A stretch of 64,000 bases of DNA from Octopus sinensis (GCF_006345805.1 NC_043003.1:59582001-59646000); one strand, 5' to 3'. Shown: positions 26,059-39,736, counted from the first letter of the stretch. Made by a program: numbers and translations. The notes: generated by a model not told the origin, from the letters alone.

Positions 26059-26159
26059 TTAATCTTGGAAGCTCATGAATCGCTGCTGTAGCATTCTGCT
26101 CTCGCAATACAAGAACATAAATGGGTGGCCTTCAGTTTCGTATCGTCTTCCATGTGAAC
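26059..26159 (-). other. Candidate terminal exon of an unidentified minus-strand transcript
   Basis: Strong acceptor tattttattttacag|G at 26161-26160; all three frames stop within about 100 nt (FTWKTIRN*, VHMEDD...DS*, SHGRRYE...FQD*); unique, relatively GC-rich sequence. Confidence 0.25.
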
Positions 26160-26730
26160 CTGTAAAATAAAATATATAATAAAAATGCCATATACATATT
26201 TCAAATGAGCATATTTCATACGTGACAAATTTTGATTAATTTTTGTTATACACAGACGATGGGTTTATGTTGGCATGATCAAGTTTGGTCTATAAAACAC
26301 GTTTTTTTTTTTCACTTCAAAACAAATGAGAGATAGATATTCACATGCACAGTATTATATTGTGAGACAAAATGTTACGAACCACAGCGAGTATTTTCAC
26401 GGAGTTTATACACACACATGCGAACACATGCATTTACAAACACACGTATATATTTATATATGAATAAATGTAACTATAATATATATTAAGTATATATGTA
26501 TATTTAAGTATAAGAACTCAGTGTTGAATATATCTTATCCAACTCTACTTTGGTCTATTGAGAACTTATCGTTGAATTTCACTCACACATATATCTGTGT
26601 TTGTGTGTATTTGTGTAAATTTGCGTGTGTGTGTGTGTGCATGACAGTCAAAGGAAAAGATTGCGAAGGGAATCACCCAACAGATAATAACAGAAAGCAT
26701 AACAAAGTTGAAAAGATACTTTCCATCATA

Positions 26731-26879
26731 GATTATTTACATTCGACAGATATCTGTCCTCATCTCTTAACCACTACGCCATATACTCACGACATATGGC
26801 GTAGTGCTTAAGAGATGAGGACAGAGCGCGGGCTACTAACCCCAAGATTCCGAGTTCGATTCCAAGCAGAGACCTGAAC

Positions 26880-26934
<55 letters not shown>

Positions 26935-27129
26935 TAATAATAATAATAATAATAACATCGAAAAATACCTTACGAATGAGAACCCAGGTTCGAAATTTCC
27001 CCCAAGACACCTGAAGAAGGCTGGAAGGTATATCAACCGAAACGTTGTGTTAACAGCAAACATGATGAGGACAAATAGCCGTCGAATGTAAATAGTGTAC
27101 ATAATTCCTCATCTTTTAAATGTAGAACT
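26731..27129 (+). mobile_element. tRNA-headed SINE-like element with internal (AAT)n, hammerhead ribozyme and a head-to-head inverted remnant
   Basis: A-box tggcgtagtgc (26797-26807), B-box gttcgattcc (26854-26863), (AAT)n about 26880-26955, HHR at 27006-27051; 32-bp hairpin 26753-26825. Confidence 0.8.
27006..27051 (+). ncRNA. Minimal type I hammerhead ribozyme (PLE-type)
   Basis: Stem I GACAC/GTGTT, core CTGAAGA plus an extra A, stem II GGCTG/CAACC (one C-A mismatch), GAAA, palindromic ACGT stem III, predicted GUU cleavage after 27046. Confidence 0.72.
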
Positions 27130-27756
27130 ATACTTTCCATCGGTTACAATGGAAAGAATGCAATTTACATAGTTCGATAGATACAAACTAACGAATATTT
27201 ATGTGTGTGTGAGTGTGTTTATGTGTGTGCGTTGGATTTGTAACCTTTAATTGTTGATGTCATTAGTATTTTGAGTATTTCGGACCTTTTTGTCACTAAA
27301 CGTATGTACACGTTTTATACTTAGTTTATTAAATATTCTTTGTATATAGAGCTGCCTAATTTGCTTATCCTTCCATTTACCCTTTTACCTGTTCAAGTTT
27401 AAATCTTTTGACCACTACTAGGTGTATTCTATACGGAGGATATCCGATTCTCATCTGGGAATTATACACACATATATGCACATACGTAATTAGTTGTGTA
27501 ATCCGCTATATAATAAATGTAGGTGGTAAATATGAAGAGCAACAGTTTCCAAGCAAGCAACTGACCAGCGAACACTTATTTTGGAATTACAATCTGCCGG
27601 GGAGTCAGGAATAATATGCACGATTTTTCCTAAATTTCACATGTACCATACATCGATTTTTCTCAACAGAATCACAGTAGTAGAGCATTATTCCTTTCTG
27701 AAGTAACACCTTCTTCCTTATAGGAAGAATTATAATAATTAAAATAACAAAGGTAC

Positions 27757-27824
<68 letters not shown>

Positions 27825-27920
27825 GATAGATAGATATAGATAGATAGATAGATAGATATAGATAGATAGATATAGATAGATAGATATAGATAGATAGATA
27901 GATATAGATAGATAGATAGA

Positions 27921-28943
<1,023 letters not shown>

Positions 28944-29001
28944 CACTCATACACATGCGCGCACAGACGAACACACAAAGACATGCACGCGCACACACAC
29001 A

Positions 29002-29050
<49 letters not shown>

Positions 29051-29229
29051 ATTAGAATTAATTAAATACGAAAAACAGCATTTTATGCTTATAAAACCTA
29101 CACGCGTTTCAGCATGTCACTACCAGGATTATGTAATTGATAAATTACATCTTCAGTATTTAGCAAACAACACAAAGTCTGGGTTGCTCCTATATACACA
29201 TATTCATGTTATGTATTCTTAATTGCTAT

Positions 29230-29740
29230 GTCAGAGGAAACAGAGCAACTGTGATGATGATTCACAGCATCCCTTGGCACTGGGTAGAACATTATTCACA
29301 TAGTGAAGGTCTGTATCGAAATGAATGCGCTCAATCAAAGGAATCTAAACGGATGTTTCTGGTGTTAAAGAGGGTCATGGCTGATGTGTACAACTAATGG
29401 AGACGGTTTTCCCGTCACAAAATGTCCCCACGAAAGCTTTGATGGACCCAAATATGTAGAAGACATCCAAACTCCGGTGGTCTATGAATAACAATCGAAA
29501 ACAGAAGCACATTTTTCCAAAGCAATCTCGTGAAACCCTTATCAATACCTGCATTTATTTTTATGAAGAGTTATATAAAATAATTGCGATATACAACATA
29601 AACAGGCTGTATGTTAATAACACATCCATTCCTGTATTCCTTCATGAAGAGTCAGATAAAATATTACTTATACAACATACCAGCTGTATTTATAAGATAT
29701 TCAGAAGAAGCAGACCATATGTAAAATGAAGTATCAAGCA
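29230..29740 (+). pseudogene. Possible very old RTE-type LINE fragment
   Basis: RLYVNNTSIPVFLHEES...CIYKIFR loosely resembles the RTE thumb motif LYxAxVxPVLLYGxE...CLRRIL. Confidence 0.3.
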
Positions 29741-30326
29741 TATTTTTAGATTAATGAAATAATCATTATGGCATAGGAATAGAAAGGCCTAAAAGTATTA
29801 TACGATTGTGTCTACAAGTCGAGGGAAGAAAAAAGCATTAATGATTAATGAGAGCTTCAGACTTAAAGATGTATGTGCATCTGTGTGTGTGAGTGTGTGT
29901 GTGCATGTGTGTGTATGTGTGTGCGGTCTGGCGTGAATGTAGCTCATATATGTATGTGCATGCGAACGAGAGTAAATGGATTACTATTTGAGCAAAGTAC
30001 TTCGTTGATTGGTTATCTAATTTTAGATTGTAAGCATTCGAATTGTCTTCACTTCAGAAATTTTTTTCTTAATTAGCAATTTCTTTTTTAGCATTACGTT
30101 AATCAGGTCAGTGACTATACTTGAATATATGTATGCATCTGTGCGTGTGTGTGAATATACCTTTGTATTTATACACTTAAATATGCATATGCTTATACAT
30201 ACATATACATACATACATGCATATATATATATATACATATATATATACGTATATATGTATTTATATATATGCACGTATATCAGTATATAATGTATTCATG
30301 AGTATTATGAATATATATACATATAC

Positions 30327-30358
<32 letters not shown>

Positions 30359-30599
30359 TATATATATACACATATATATAATACATATATATATGTATAT
30401 ATATATTAAACCTGTATTAAAAACGCAACTGTAATCTAATTCTATTTTCTTTAAATAGGATTTTTTCATTTTTGTTTACATTTTCCTATTAGTCGTTTGA
30501 GGTTTTTTTTGTAAAAAGTTCAGTTTCTAAATTCATTTTCAACATTTCTAGATTTTCATAGGTTCATCTTCAGGCTGGTATTATATTAGCATGAATAAG

Positions 30600-30950
30600 A
30601 AGTCGAGCTGGCAGAAACGTTAGCAAGCCGGGCGAAATTCTTAGCGGTATTTCGTCTGCCGTTACGTTCTGAGTTCAAATTGTGCTGAGGTCGACTTTGC
30701 CTTTCATCCTTTCGGGGTCGATAAATTAAGTACCAGTTACACACTGGGGTCGATGCAATCGACTTAATCCGTTTGTCTGTTCTTGTTTGTTCTCTCTGTG
30801 TTTAGCCCCTTGTGGGTAGTAAAGAAATAGGTATTTCGTCGGTCCTTACAGTCTGAGCTCAAATTCCGTCGAGGTCGACTTTACCTTTCCTCCTTTCGGG
30901 GTCGATGAAATTAAGTACCAGTTGCTTACTGGGGTCCATATAATCAACTT
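30600..30950 (+). mobile_element. SINE-A, 1.5 units
   Basis: gagctggcagaaacgttagcaagccgggcgaaa...; the body restarts at about 30830. Confidence 0.85.
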
Positions 30951-31026
30951 CCTCTCTCTCTCTCTCTCTCTCCTTACACACACACGCACACATGCACAAA
31001 CACACACACACACACATATATATATA

Positions 31027-31260
31027 GGGAGAATTCACAAAACAAAAAAAACAAAGGCGAAGACAGGTGAAGTAGACAACATACAGATCTATTAGTTTAA
31101 CGCTCCGGAAGAGAAAAAGTCTTTAAGGTTTTGCGCCCACGCATTCCACAGAAAGGAACACAGAAAGATACAAGGAGAGAAAATAAAGAATTTGTAGTGG
31201 CTAGCGATCTATCATGGCGAATGCCGGACAGAGGGGTCGCACAAGAGAACTGGGAAAAAG
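31027..31260 (-). mobile_element. Small repeat family D with a degenerate hammerhead-like motif
   Basis: Reverse complement aligns with 57040-57258 (cctttctgtNgaa...aaagNcttt...gagcgttaaactaata...cacctgtct). Confidence 0.55.
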
Positions 31261-31375
31261 GGGAGATAATAAAGTAGTGGAGATAATATATATATATATA
31301 TATATTTGCTTGCAACGAGTAATACTATCCGTACGCTTCAATACGTTTGTATGGGGAATTCTTGTCATCACTCAC

Positions 31376-31428
31376 ATGAATTCATGGGAAATTGTGCAGA
31401 TGTGGATGTGTTGCACCCAAATATTTTC
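31376..31428 (-). other. Candidate 53-nt exon
   Basis: atttacatag| acceptor and |gtgagt donor; two open frames (ENIWVQHIHICTISHEF or KIFGCNTSTSAQFPMNS). Confidence 0.15.
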
Positions 31429-31503
31429 CTATGTAAATATCAGCAATGCTGAGAAATTCGTGTATTATGATGATACATGTACCACCACACATTCATTATG
31501 CAC

Positions 31504-31535
<32 letters not shown>

Positions 31536-31536
31536 T

Positions 31537-31570
<34 letters not shown>

Positions 31571-31833
31571 GTATGTATAGGATATGTATGCATAAATATA
31601 TGGTAATATATAATATGCATATCTATGAATATGTGCGTGTATACATACACACACTACTGATACCGAAAGTAAAGTTGATATATGACTATATATATATATA
31701 TATATATTATATATAGTATGTATATAGGTATATGTATGCATAAATATATGGTAATATATATATATATGCATATCTATGAATATGTGCGTGTATACATACA
31801 CACACTATGATAACCGAAAGTTATAGTTGATAT

Positions 31834-31840
<7 letters not shown>
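31571..31840 (+). repeat. Imperfect ~120-bp tandem duplication (31571-31688, 31716-31840)
   Basis: Same sequence twice, differing mainly by small indels, separated by (TA)n. Confidence 0.85.
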
Positions 31841-31864
<24 letters not shown>

Positions 31865-32989
31865 CCATTGTATATAAATATATGCCTATATGTATTCCTG
31901 TATGTATTGCCTATAAGGATTTTGGAAAGTATTCTCTGCTTGGATATCTTGTGTTTGATATTCTTTTTTCTTTCTCTTTTACGTTCGGATTTGACCATTC
32001 TAATATAGCAGTACCAAAATTTATTCTTCCGCCAGCATTTAAATAATTAAAACATGACTATAATTTTATTCAGATATAAGTTAAGTCCTAATCTGTATTC
32101 TGTAAAAATATAGCATTTGAATAATAATTGTGAGATCCCATTTGGATTTGGTGTGGAACATCATATTACCCGATACATAACATACACAACGACATTAGTT
32201 GCCTGAAGATTACATGCAAATTACGTATCGATTTAACACTTTCTAAACTCCAGACCGTGGTTAAGTGTCCTAACAAATTTTCTTTGTCTCCTTGGTGATG
32301 TACAGAATAGTTCTTTGAATATCGCAAAAGCAACTGTTAGGAGCCTACAGTGATACCGATGCTGAAAATTAACATCATGAATATTTGATGCGTTTTGATT
32401 CTCTACTCATATCCATATTATTCTCAGAAGTTCTGTTTAGCTGTATTACTTTTATCGTTATCCAACCAATCAGCTATTTTCATTCTTTCTGAAATAGCTA
32501 ACTATCTATAAGTCATCTGGACACGAAGCATGTGTTGATGTACCCAGAAGATTAACATATTCGTGCAAGCCACTGCAGTCTTATTTAATATTAGATTCTA
32601 TTTGTTATTAACTTTTTCTCTAATATATTACTTTAAAAAAATTATTCAATATTAAAATTTTCTCAGATGCTAAAACAGAATTCATGGTTATGCTTTGTGC
32701 AGGCTTTTTGCAGCCTATTTATCTGTTTCTTTTAAAATATAATATACAATAGAATCACATATAATCACCAAGGTTCAGTGGAAGCAATATAAATGAATGG
32801 TCTAGTCTCTACTAATCTCTATAAATTCATTGACCATAGAATGGAGTATAAAGAGAGGACACAAATGTGCTCCTCTTTACGGAGCACATTACGGGAGAAT
32901 GACCTCGCACGCACCGACACGATAGTTGACTTTCTGTAACTCTCTCTTTCTCTTTCTCTTTCTTTCTTTCTTTCTTTCTTTCTTTCCAT

Positions 32990-33027
<38 letters not shown>

Positions 33028-33035
33028 TACATACA

Positions 33036-33073
<38 letters not shown>

Positions 33074-33613
33074 TTTTATGTTTATAAAATATAGACGCGT
33101 TTCGGGACACCACTGCCAGGGTTACTTTATAATCTATTGAAACATTATATAATTGTGTTAAACCACTTCTTCAGTGTTTAGCATAAAATATACAGGTATG
33201 TATGACGACCTATAGTATAAGTACTAAATACATGTTGCATAATTATTCAAGCTATTTTTGTTTTTTATCTAGCACCTTGAGTTTCAGGTAACTACGATCT
33301 TTAGGCGAGACCAGTTGCTACTCGATTTAGGTGAAATTTATGTGTGTGAAAAAGCCCATACTGAGCATATTTTCTTTCAAGCAAATTCAATTATTCTAAA
33401 CTAAGAAACGTCTGGTTGATTTTATAGTGAAGTTTCTGTTAAGGTTAATGAATTATAACTGCTCAGTGTTTGATGAAATAGGTAGCCATTGTGGCTAAAA
33501 TACAATGGATTACAGAAAACAGTTAAAACAAAAAAAGCAACTCAAGTATTTTCTTAGAATCCAATCGATTGACCATTTTGTAAGCAAACACAGACGTCAT
33601 GCAGGCTGCCTTG

Positions 33614-33675
<62 letters not shown>

Positions 33676-34149
33676 GTAAATACACACACACACACACACA
33701 CACACACATCTAAATTAATTACAATGATGATATATGAATCATACAGTATTTTTAATTATTTCCTACATATCCAATCGGTTCGACCATTCTATATGCAAGA
33801 AAGTGTGCTCCTGTCTGACTGTCTGTCTGTCTGCCATAGTTGTTGCTTGTGCAACTGTTGTTTTTATTATTCAACCGCTGCTCTTCTTTAATCAAGCTAA
33901 GTTACTATCCAATACTTTCAAATACTATGCAGCTATATCAGAAACATATGTGTCTGTATTATCAATGTCCTGTCATTATTCAAAATAGATGAGTGTTATT
34001 AGAAAGGCATTTTTGCGCTATATATATTTGGCCTTTCGACCGACCATGTGTAGCAATTGATAAAACTATTTTAGCAATGAACTCAGCTATCTTAGAAATA
34101 TTTTATAGCTGTTCCGTTCCCGGGCTTAACTGCCTCGTTTAAAGAATCC

Positions 34150-34400
34150 GAATAATAGATCTGCTATAATGATACCATATTCCAAGATATGCTTCCGTTG
34201 CACACGCTTAAGTATTTATAACATGATACAAATGATTCGATTCAGATAATACAAGGATATGGTATTGAAATAAAGATTCAGTTCTATTCAGTACTGAATT
34301 AATTGCCCGTATATAATTGTTTTTATTTAGTTTTCTACTACACCGCTTGCGAATTGTCGAGGTCGTGACTTGGCGTCTCAAGCAAACCTCAGTTGATGCC
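34150..34400 (-). pseudogene. Possible old R4-type LINE thumb-region relic
   Basis: [15 protein letters not shown] resembles the R4 motif KLNxxNxIxAIN. Confidence 0.3.
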
Positions 34401-34459
34401 AGGCCTACATCCTGTGTAATTGTGTATAATTGTAAACACACATGCATATACGTGCACTA

Positions 34460-34497
<38 letters not shown>

Positions 34498-34694
34498 CAT
34501 ACATGCAACCATACATACATATACATGCGTACATATATATATATATACATATATATATTATGTGTATATATATATATATATATATAATATATATATATAT
34601 GTATATATACACATTAATACATACTTACATATATAGATAAAACAATCTTACATATAGACGTGTGTGTATGTGTGTATGTGTGTGCGTGTGTGTA

Positions 34695-34764
<70 letters not shown>

Positions 34765-35456
34765 GTGCACGCGTGTATAAAATAGAAAAGCACGAAAAGG
34801 ATAATCGGAAATTTTTGTTTCGTTCTCAGCTGACGTGTGTTTGATTGTCGAGTTCTATTTTATTTCCATTTTTTTTCTTCATTTTTAATGTATACATCTA
34901 ATTTCTTTACATGTTCTATTGCATCGTTCACTCAGTGAGAATTTTATTGTTCTGTGTATTGGAGTTTTACTAGAATGAATGACAACGACTAAGGAATTTC
35001 TCTAACATGAGGATAAGAAAAAAAAAAATCCACATATATATATACACTGCTGTATACGTAATACAGATATGCTGAGAACATTTTCGTATTCTAAATTTTC
35101 AATCGGTGACTTTATGCTTCCTCGGTCTCAGAACAGAATTCGATGTGAGCTATCGTTTTACTATTCAACAGTCGTGAAAGAAGAAGATGCAGGAAGCTGG
35201 AGGGAAAGAAGTTATTAGGAGGAAGAAAAAAAACGTACAGAGGAGGAATGGTATAAAAGGAAGTGCAGGAGGATATTTAACGTTGCAAACAATGAATCGA
35301 TTTAGTTATGAAAGAATATCCATGTGGGGAACAAAATCTGAATTATTCTGACAAGAAAGCTTTTACGCAAAGGCAATACCTGGTAAGATATAGGAATAAA
35401 ATTCATCTCTCTCTCTCTGTATTATATATATATATATTATTATATATTATATATAT

Positions 35457-35487
<31 letters not shown>

Positions 35488-35530
35488 TATTATATATATA
35501 TATATATATATATATACATAATATATATAC

Positions 35531-35561
<31 letters not shown>

Positions 35562-35649
35562 CATATATATATACATATATATATATATACATATATATAT
35601 ATATGTATAATATATATACGCACACACACACACACATATGTATATATAG

Positions 35650-36060
35650 ACACAGGCGTTTCCGTGTGGTAAGAAGCTTGCTTCCCAACCACATGCTTCC
35701 GGGTTCAGTTCTAGTGCGTGGCAATTTGGGCGAGTGCCTTCTACTATAGCTTCATACCGACCAAATCATTCTGAGTGGAATTAGGAGACGGAAATTGAAA
35801 GAAGCCTATCGTATATATGTATATATATGTACATGTTTGTGTGTTTGTGTCTCTGTTTGTCTCCACTCCCGCAATATTTGCTTGACAACCAAATGTTGGT
35901 GTGTGTTTGTCACACTAACTTGGCAGTTCGGCCAAAGAGAACGATAGAATAATTACCAAGTTTACAAAGAATAAGTCCAGGGGACAATTTCTTCGAGTAA
36001 AATGCAGTGCTCTATCAAGGCCACAGTCAAAATGACTGAAACAAGTAAAAGAATAAAAGA
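35650..36060 (+). mobile_element. SINE-B, full length
   Basis: Collinear with 61141-61556 including the internal AT/GT tract and the gactgaaacaagtaaaaga tail. Confidence 0.85.
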
Positions 36061-36119
36061 ATATATATATGTTGTATTTAGGGATGGTCATGTTGCCAGT
36101 TTAACCAATAGAATAAATA

Positions 36120-36164
<45 letters not shown>

Positions 36165-36191
36165 CTGGAAATGAATGCGTGGAGTTCGATC

Positions 36192-36269
<78 letters not shown>

Positions 36270-36272
<3 letters not shown>

Positions 36273-36923
36273 TATATACATACATATATGTACATAACTA
36301 CATATATATATATACATGCATGTATGGGTACAGGACATAAAAAAACGTTGAACAAAATGAGAAACGAAAACATGAAAACAAAACATAGAAACGACCTTTT
36401 TTTCAAACAGCGAAAAAAAAACAGAGTACAAGACATACAAAACAAGGAATATTCCCCTTCTTCAGTTATTCCTATTCAGAACATTTTTTCCATCGTCTTG
36501 ACTTAACAGCTCTCACCGTTTGTTTTTACTGTGTTATTCTCATTGTTCTGTCTTTTACTGTTTTTACTTTTGTATTGTTTTTACTGTCTTGTTTTGTTCT
36601 TACTGTCCTGTTCTTGTTACCACTTTTACCCTCCGCAAAAATCCCAAATTTTATTTAATTTGCTTTGCGGTAAGGACTGTTTCAACGAAGTCGCGTCTCG
36701 TCCTTGCCTTCACTACGCGGAGTAGATGAAACAGGGGACAACTGGAGAAGGGGAATATTCCTTGTGTTGTATGTCGTGTACTCTATTATTTTCGTTGTGT
36801 GAAAACATTTTTCGTTTCTGCTTTCGTTTCTCATTATGTTCAACTTTTTCTTGATGTCCTGTACCCATATATGCATGTATATATACATATATATGTAGGC
36901 ATGTACATATATGTATGTATATA

Positions 36924-36926
<3 letters not shown>
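36270..36926. mobile_element. Fold-back element with ~190-bp diverged inverted arms (36270-36467, 36740-36926)
   Basis: Arms share gggtacaggacat, gaaacgaaa and aaggaatattccccttct in opposite orientation; (TA)n on both flanks. Confidence 0.7.
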
Positions 36927-37011
<85 letters not shown>

Positions 37012-37030
37012 TATATATATATATTTTATT

Positions 37031-37173
37031 TTTATTTTATAGAAGGAGCTTCTACAGGACTAGAATTAAATCATCAGGAAGCTTGGTGTCAAGAATCTTG
37101 ACACCAAGCTTCCTGATGATTTCATTTGAATGAAACAGTTCTAGTCCTGTAGAAGCTCCTTCTATAAAATAAA
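37031..37173. mobile_element. Palindromic element centred on 37095; the right arm carries a hammerhead
   Basis: Arms 37031-37094 and 37096-37173 are exact reverse complements except that 16 nt of the right arm (37123-37138) correspond to 2 nt in the left arm. Confidence 0.85.
37107..37157 (+). ncRNA. Type I hammerhead ribozyme with complete core
   Basis: Stem I AGCTTC/GAAGCT, CTGATGA, stem II TTTC-ATTT-GAAT (U.U closing pair plus 3 bp), GAAA, stem III ACAG/CTGT with 8-nt loop, predicted GUA cleavage after 37151. Confidence 0.75.
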
Positions 37174-37272
37174 TTAATTTACTCTGCTAAGAATTGAGTA
37201 CCTTATTTACTGTGGTTAACCCCGACTCAACCCGGGACCTACATATATAATATATATATATATTATATATAT

Positions 37273-37316
<44 letters not shown>

Positions 37317-37360
37317 ATTGTATTATATTATATCATATCATATTATATTATATTAGAGGA

Positions 37361-37478
37361 AAAATCAAAAAGGAAGTCAGAACAAGTATCTCAAGTTATT
37401 TACAGTAATTTAGTTAGGGTAAGGTGAATTTCACCTTACCATAATTAAGTTACTCGTTCTGCCTTGGTTTTTGATTTT
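37361..37478. repeat. Imperfect palindrome with a perfect 11-bp core and 1-nt centre
   Basis: ggtaaggtgaa-t-ttcaccttacc (37418-37440); outer aaaatcaaaaa/tttttgatttt and cagaac/gttctg also pair. Confidence 0.7.
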
Positions 37479-37627
37479 ATTTTAATATAATTTATACCTA
37501 CTAAACCATTTTACGGATACCTAGATCCAACCTGAGCTGGGATCTTGCAACCTAACGGTCGATCAACTATAGCACTTAGTCAACTATAGTACCTATTTGT
37601 TTACATCACAAGCGAACTAAACTCGTC

Positions 37628-37701
<74 letters not shown>

Positions 37702-38088
37702 CGCTCTCTCTCTCTTTCTCTTTCTCCTAATAACAAATAAAATCCCGTTGTCTTAAAATAGGAAAAGAAGCATTACATAATGCTACACAACTCTAAAATA
37801 TGGGGTGAACAGCCTGTAAAGCCTTTAATCATTATTATGGTTGATCAGGTTTGATTTGGAGTTAAAACAACCGGAATAAAACCTAAGAACTATCGACACA
37901 AGGCAGATTTTAATTGGTAGCTTTATTTGCTATAAATAGCAGCAAAACCTTTCTCGAATTGCAGATGACTGCTGTATTTAAAATGTCATATTTGCTTGGG
38001 GTAACATGGGCGCCTACTTCCAATGTACTTGAGAAAATGGCTTTTATTGATCATAGTTTTAGTAATATAAGGATAGCCTAGATGTTAG

Positions 38089-38170
<82 letters not shown>

Positions 38171-38204
38171 ACTACTACTGCTACTACTAAAAATGATAAT
38201 TAAT

Positions 38205-39420
38205 TTGTAACATTGACAGAAAAATACGAAAATTTTTGACAATACATAGAATGCACCAGCCTAAGGCAGATAAAGTACGATTTTACCTGCCAAGAAAAGA
38301 GGGTGGCTGTGGACTTTTGCAACTGGAACTAACACTGAAGATTACCACAATTGGCCTCAACACCTACTGGAAAAACTCTGAGGACTGGATGTTAAAACTT
38401 GTTTTAAAGCATGAAAACAAGAAAACATCATACGCAGTAACAAAACAGGCAAAGGAAAATCTGACTGAATTCCAAATACAGCAAATCTCAGAATAAGACG
38501 TACTGGAATCGAGCACTTAAAAAGCTAAACGTAAAATATCCCATGCTAAAACTGCTGCCTTAGATATTCTTACTAATAAATTGCAGTGTCTTCTGGCCTA
38601 AAATCAGAAACAAAGAGGTTTATCATAGCAGCTCAAGATCAATGCCTACCTACAAGGAGCAACCAAGCCAACATATAAAAGAACAGCAGTAGCCCAACAT
38701 GTCGTGTATATAAACAAAAAGATGAAATCATTGATCACGTCTCCATGTGGAGTCTTCTTGCGCCTACAGAGTATCTCAACAGGCATGATAGAGCAGCACA
38801 GTATATTCACTGGGTAATTTGCAAGAACCTGGACCTGTCTCATGATAAAAACTGTTGGGAGCACAAATCACCTCCAGTGCTTGAAAATGACCACATCTCA
38901 TTCATCTGGAATTTCACCGTTCAAACTGACAAAAAGATAGATGCGAATAGGTCAGATATTATATTGAAAAACTTCAGACAAAATCATGCCTCCTCATTGA
39001 TATGACTGTGCCAATCATCATAAATATATTTGTCAAGACCTACCAAAGACTGAGCAAATATAAAGATCTTGAAATAGAAACTGGTAAAATGTGAAACCTG
39101 AAGACTAAAATAATACATGTTGTCATAGGTGCCTTAGGAATGATAGAAAAGGGCCTGGTTGATACCTAACTCAGATACGAGGAAACCACAAAAATGGCAG
39201 AAGTTCAAAATATAGTGCTCATGGAAAATGCCCGTATCCTACGTAAATTACTGTCTATGTCATCTCAAATTTTAAAACAAACTCCTAATTTTCTTACCTT
39301 TTCTTAAACATTTTCTAGAACAATACTATGTACAAAACCAAATATATGACACCGTAGGCATAACACCAGCTTGGACCTCTCTGGGTGAGACTTGAAGTCA
39401 ACTTGTACATAGAGAAAGCA
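38205..39420 (+). pseudogene. R4/Dong-clade LINE 3' part (thumb, CCHC region, RLE, 3' UTR)
   Basis: MHQPKADKVRFYLPRKEGGCGLLQLE; EYLNRHDRAAQYIHWVIC; WNFTVQTDKKIDANRSDII; preceded by an (ACT)n/(GCT)n tract. Confidence 0.9.
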
Positions 39421-39651
39421 ATCCTTATTCAGGGACCTTTTGAGCGGGATGGGTTACTCGACCAGAAGAAAATTCTAACTGAGCTTCACCTGCAAGGTCA
39501 TGTGCTGTTTATCTTGATATGAGATCCCCATGTCACGCATGTGATGCATGTGCCTGGTGTACCCTTATCAGACGGGTAGTCATGATGGGTATACTGGGCT
39601 TCGTATATTTTACCCCAGTGTCACTTTGATGGCATGCACTGCTCTCTCACT
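39421..39651 (+). mobile_element. 557-bp element, 3' part (5'-truncated)
   Basis: Matches about 62988-63224; followed by an (ACT)n-(AAT)n tail. Confidence 0.8.
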
Positions 39652-39660
39652 AAATAGTAA

Positions 39661-39736
<76 letters not shown>

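Noticed and set aside
29095-33125. Two related minus-strand motifs cctgg(c/t)agtg...gaaacgcgt at about 29095-29130 and 33085-33125, resembling PLE hammerhead 3' halves
   Set aside because: Neither has a CUGANGA core or a convincing stem I/II; noted only as a possible further decayed family.
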